A DNA stretch of 64,000 bases from Marsupella aquatica (lineage: Eukaryota > Plantae > Marchantiophyta). This document shows positions 63,625 to 64,000 of the stretch, one piece after another. Numbering within the stretch: position 1 is the first letter of the stretch; every line of letters begins with the position of its first letter. Location: NCBI GenBank assembly GCA_973895155.1, contig OZ316897.1:6399327-6463326 (forward strand), given 5' to 3'. The position numbers and the translations under genes were made by a program. Under the pieces are notes generated by a model. That model had not been told where the DNA came from, searched no databases, and worked only from the letters and a program-made list of their open reading frames with translations.

Positions 63625-64000
63625 AACTTTGAAACACAGAAAGGGGTTTTACCTTCTTGTACGTTATCCATTGCACACAGGATAGGAGCCCACCAGCGCA
63701 CCCTACAGCATGGCGATGGGCATGGACAATCCGGACTGCGATATTTGTAATTTTGAAAATTTTGTCACCGTATGATATCTTCGGAGGCAGGAATGCAAAT
63801 GGCAGAGGATGGCGACATTGCACTTATTGACGTTAGACCATCGGCGTTCGGAATTCGACAGATAATCGGCAATCGACAAACCATCCGCATTCCACTGATG
63901 AGAAGCATTCGGTTCTTCACAAGTCTTCCAGTAGTCGACTCCATTGTACATCCTGTTTGAGCTCGAAATCCTGTGTCAGCTCGGAATGGAAGAATCCGCA

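Noticed and set aside
28400-64000. Endogenous virus, Polinton or prokaryotic contamination
   Set aside because: No capsid, DNA polymerase, packaging ATPase or integrase motifs seen. The genes have spliceosomal introns and are contiguous with plant host genes.

Overview
Eukaryotic, intron-rich land-plant DNA. CFAP61 indicates a lineage with flagellated sperm, most plausibly a bryophyte such as a liverwort; the taxon is an inference. Left part (1-23.5 kb) is host genes: the 5' 11 exons of CFAP61 (minus), a complete two-RRM chloroplast RNA-binding protein gene with a GC-AG intron, a decayed DExH helicase 3' fragment ending at an inverted-repeat insertion, and a complete VPS24/CHMP3 gene. The right part (~28.4-64 kb) looks like one large, gene-rich mobile domain. 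It holds a spliced MULE/SWIM-type DDE transposase, three two-exon paralogues of an unrecognised Zn-finger-like protein (one pseudogenised, plus a possible distant fourth), an RPA70-C-like OB-fold ORF, an FCP1/NIF HAD-like ORF and two related Tnp1/EnSpm-like domain ORFs. An 11-bp motif, CATACCRYGAT, occurs here 28 times by manual count; I saw none in the first 28 kb. The motif is carried in a 202-bp tandem array, several direct duplications, a dispersed ~100-bp module and a 148-nt hairpin. This recalls the VANDAL/VANC sequence-specific anti-silencing architecture, but I see no VANC similarity in these proteins and any such function is a hypothesis. All coordinates and counts were read by eye.
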